Assembly (NCBI RefSeq): GCF_000143415.4
Contig: NW_003314309.1
Span: forward strand, 918,641-982,640
Direction: 5' to 3'
Source of the DNA: Selaginella moellendorffii
Lineage: Eukaryota > Plantae > Lycopodiophyta
DNA: 64,000 bases
Below, in pieces: positions 60,441 to 64,000 of this stretch; position 1 is the stretch's first letter, and every line of letters begins with the position of its first letter. The translations under genes and the position numbers were made by a program. Under the pieces are notes generated by a model. The model was not told the DNA's origin. It saw only the letters and a list, made by a program, of their open reading frames with translations, and ran no database searches.

Positions 60441-62039
60441 ATGGCTGCCGCTTCTCAACGTTGGGCTCCTTGTTGTGGCATTTCTTCGTTGCGCAAGGCC
60501 AGGAACGATGCAAGGCCAAGCGTGAGAATGGCGGTCCAGCACAAGCCATTGGGTCACTTGGCATCGACGAGAAAGAGCTCTCGGGTAAGTCTCTCGTAGC
60601 GTTTCTTTCTTTCTTTCTTTGCAGAGAGTGAGGACACTTTCCTATTGTCATTGCAGGGAAGCTTGGAGTTTTCCAAGTACCAAGGTCTGGGAAACGACTT
60701 TGTTCTTGTAAGTTGCTACTTCCATTTTGGTGTTTCATTCTTTCTTTGCAAAGAGATATATTGTCTGATGGTTTGACAACTTCTTTAGGTGGATAATCGC
60801 GAGTCTCCCGAACCAAAACTCTCCAAAGAAGATGCCGTAAGGATTTGCAACCGAAACTTTGGAGTCGGGAGCGATGGAGTCATTCTCGTCATGCCTGGCG
60901 TCCATGGCTGTGACTACACAATGCATATCTATAACCCCGACGGCAGCCAACCAGAGGCAAACGTTTTACTCCTATCTCTTTTTGTTCTTAATCTCCATGG
61001 ACTTGTAGATGTGTGGCAATGGGATTCGTTGTATGGCTCGATTCATAGGAGAACTCGAGGGAAGAACAATAACGAGCAATCGAAGGTATCCTTTCTCGCT
61101 TTGAGTTCCCTGAAAGAAGCGTATTTCCTAGCTTGTAACAAGCTCCCAGTTATAAAATACACACAGGAGCTGGGACTATCATTCCAACGTTGAAAGAGGA
61201 CGGCCAGGTGAGCTCCCTCTTTACGCAAACTCTAACATTTTTTCTTAGATTTCTTCCTTCTCCCAGGTGCTAGTAGACATGGGAATACCGATTCTCAATG
61301 GAAACAGGATTCCAACTTTGCTGCCCGGGCATTTTGATGGAACTGTCATCCAAAAGCCACTCGAGGTGGACGGCAAGACGTGGCTTGTGACTTGTGTGAG
61401 CATGGGAAATCCACACTGCGTAACCTTTGGAGAAGAACACGAAGAGGTGAAAATCTATGGAAAAAAAAAACACTCTTTTGTTTAGTTTTTCTTACCAAAA
61501 CCCATTCTGTGCAGCATTTGTTTGATCTTAGTACTTTGCCCCTGGAGAAGATCGGCCCCCTGTTTGAAAACCATGAAAAGTTTCCCCAGAAAACAAATGC
61601 AGGTTGGCTCTTTTTTAAATTCCTTTTGATATGTGCCACTGTTTTCTTTCTTCGCAGAGTTTGTGGAAGTGATCTCTCTTTCTCATTTAAAAGTTCGAGT
61701 GTGGGAGAGAGGCGCAGGCAAGTGCCTAGAGATTGAAGCTCTCTCAAAGGAACTAGTGTTTTTCTTCGCAGGGATCACCTTGGCTTGTGGAACGGGTGCT
61801 TGTGCTGCCTTTGTGGCCGCTGTGCTGGAAGGAAGAGCTAAAAAGGTATGAAAAAATCTCTCTCTCTCTCTCTCTCTCCACAGACACACACACACAGACA
61901 TGTTTATAATTTGTTTTCTTAGAACTGCATTGTGGATTTGCCCGGGGGCAAATTGGAAGTGGAATGGAGAGCGTCGGATCACCACGTCTACATGAGTGGG
62001 CCTGCTGAGCATGTCTTTACGGGCACTCTGGTCTTGTAA
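60441..62039 (+). CDS. dapF: Plastid diaminopimelate epimerase, multi-exon
   Basis: Transit peptide; [22 protein letters not shown]|[50 protein letters not shown]. Confidence 0.95.
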
Positions 62040-63089
62040 TATTTTAATTAGCGACATTGTGTTTAAGCTTGACTGCAAAACCTAAAGGAAAGGTTGTTCA
62101 CACACAATATTAATATGGCTTTAAGTGTTAAAATAAATTTTATTTTTTACTAAAAATTATTTCATGATTAATTTATTTTAGAATAAACATATAAGAGCTC
62201 ATTCAAGATGGTTAAACAGAAGTGTGAGTATAGCTTAGAGAATGATGTGCACAAAAAGCTTAAGCAAAGGATGAAATATTTCAATTAACACTCGGTCTTA
62301 GATGAGAAACTTTATGACAAATAACTATTATTGAAAATCTTAGGGGGCATTTTATATTTTATTTTATAAAATTTTGTTAAATTAATTATATGAGACATAA
62401 TGCTCAATAAGGGATTAAATGGCAAAATGCTAAACGAAAAATCTAATGGGAAGAAAATGTATGTTACTATTATCTTCTTTTATTATTATTTATAATACTG
62501 ATAATAAATTTAAATTTAAAAAATTAATAGCAATTACATTAAAATATATAAATTTGAGGAAGAGTTGAAAATGATTCAAACTGTCTGCAATTGATTTATG
62601 TAAGTTGAGATGCTATGTTGCATATGATTTAAACAAAATATACTTTGAAGAAATTTAGATAATAATTAATACTTATACATATAGCAATATTAATTAACAC
62701 TTTTAATTTTTATTATTTGTTATTATTGAACATTCAAATACAACTCAAAATAAGTCAATTTATCAATTAAATATGAAATATAGGAAATAAACTAATATCT
62801 AAAAAATATAAATCCTTTTCTATGCACAACTTTACCCCTAAAAAAATTGTTCAAAACATTTTTTTTTTAATTTCTTAGTCTATACTTCATTACTTCGTTT
62901 TCGGTCACAAAAATGCTAACCAAAAAATATTGTTTTGTAAATGTGGCTAGATCCGCCATCCTTTCTTTATATAATCCCCCTCACACAAACAAGAGCTTTA
63001 GCTTATTTGAATAGTCGCAGTGGGAATATTGTCCCCAAAGTTGCCCCTTGAAAAAAAAGACACACTCAAGGAAACCTCAAAAAAGAATA

Positions 63090-63743
63090 TCATAACTCAT
63101 AGTTCCAGGTCTTCTCCAGCAGTAACTTGGGAGGCTTGGAGCTGTCCAGATTCCCAGACGCAGCCACCTTGAAAGGCCCCAGCCTGGGATCATCACTGAT
63201 CCACTCCACACCCAGCACCTTGCGGTGCGCCTCGTAGGCGAGCTTCAAGGTGTGGCAATCGGCCATCTTCTTGGAGGCCGAGAAGCTCCACGACTCGGTC
63301 CCAAAATCATAGGCGGGCTCCAGCGTGAGGCGCGATGGATGCTGGTAGAAGTACTTGAGCTGCCCCTTGCCCGACGCAAAGCTATACTTCGCCGTGAGCT
63401 TGTTGCGCGGATCCACGGCGAGCGTCGCCTCGAGCAGCGTGGCGTTGCGCTTCTGCGGGTGAATGTACGTGAGCTTCACCTGCTTGCCCGCGACATTGGC
63501 GGCGCTCATGAACTGGAAGCGCGTTGACGCCGGCTGGAGCTCGTGGTCGATGATGAAGCAGCCGGGCTTCTCCACGCCCAGGCTCACCCCCGCCGCCGCC
63601 AGGCCGCCTGGCGACCGCGACCCAAATGTGGCATCCGTGCACGACGCCTTGAGCTTGAGATCGCCTACCCCGAGCGCGAGCGTGGCCGTGGCCGCCTCCC
63701 CCGCGGCTCCGCCCTCGTACTTGCTCTTGATCGAGGCCCTCAT
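63090..63743 (-). CDS. OEP24: Chloroplast outer envelope pore protein 24
   Basis: MRASIKSKYE...GDLKLKASCTDATF...VEKPGCFIID...RFQFM...GPFKVAAS...EKTWNYE; 217 aa, beta-barrel character. Confidence 0.85.
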   Translation of the reverse strand: MRASIKSKYEGGAAGEAATATLALGVGDLKLKASCTDATFGSRSPGGLAAAGVSLGVEKPGCFIIDHELQPASTRFQFMSAANVAGKQVKLTYIHPQKRNATLLEATLAVDPRNKLTAKYSFASGKGQLKYFYQHPSRLTLEPAYDFGTESWSFSASKKMADCHTLKLAYEAHRKVLGVEWISDDPRLGPFKVAASGNLDSSKPPKLLLEKTWNYEL

Positions 63744-64000
63744 CCGGGATCCCCTGCCGCGACGAACCCTAAAAATTTACCCCAGCTCACAGATAGAGAG
63801 GGAATGCCACACAAGATATATCATGAAATATAATTATATATCATGAAACTTTGGAGCCACCAGTGGCTGCCATTGTTACAGTTGCTCCAGGCTCTCACAC
63901 TGGCTAGAAAACTTGAGTGGAAAGAAGCCACCAAAATTGTTTGCCTACAAATCTTTTTTAAAGTAGAAACATCCAATCCCTTGTAAATTTCATTTGAGAT

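Noticed and set aside
62050-62950. AT-rich block (also 36600-37330) as a possible MITE or Helitron
   Set aside because: No TIRs, TSD or convincing hairpin-CTRR terminus found

Overview
Gene-dense nuclear DNA from a land plant. The 50-60 nt introns, the style of the PLS-class PPR genes and the tight gene spacing suggest a lycophyte such as Selaginella (inference). Host genes in order: 3' end of a RING-finger protein, a 9-exon orphan gene missed by the ORF track, PPR-E, SCC2/NIPBL, a DREB-type AP2/ERF, a conserved basic plant protein, tRNA-Arg(TCG), SnRK1 beta, PPR-E, a secreted polyamine oxidase, GASA/snakin, a second tRNA-Arg, PPR-DYW, SOL1-like carboxypeptidase, TMEM161-like, two TPD1-like domains, HsfB4-like, mS41/IGR-like, DapF and OEP24. 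Between 13.7 and 48.9 kb lies a rearranged region. It contains an inverted segmental duplication with reciprocal pseudogenisation, a tandem duplication plus inversion of TMEM161 fragments that could form a hairpin RNA, three decayed Crinkler (CRN)-like nuclease-fold/kinase genes, a hAT-type MITE with a visible empty site, a Ty3/gypsy relic and an intron-containing IS3EU-like DDE transposase fossil. The best leads are the CRN-like family, the SOL1 and PPR-DYW genes separated in frame by one TGA plus five codons, the IS3EU-like fossil, the TMEM161 inverted repeat, the orphan micro-exon membrane protein and a possible two-ligand TPD1 locus. All family assignments come from motif recognition by eye; no searches were run.
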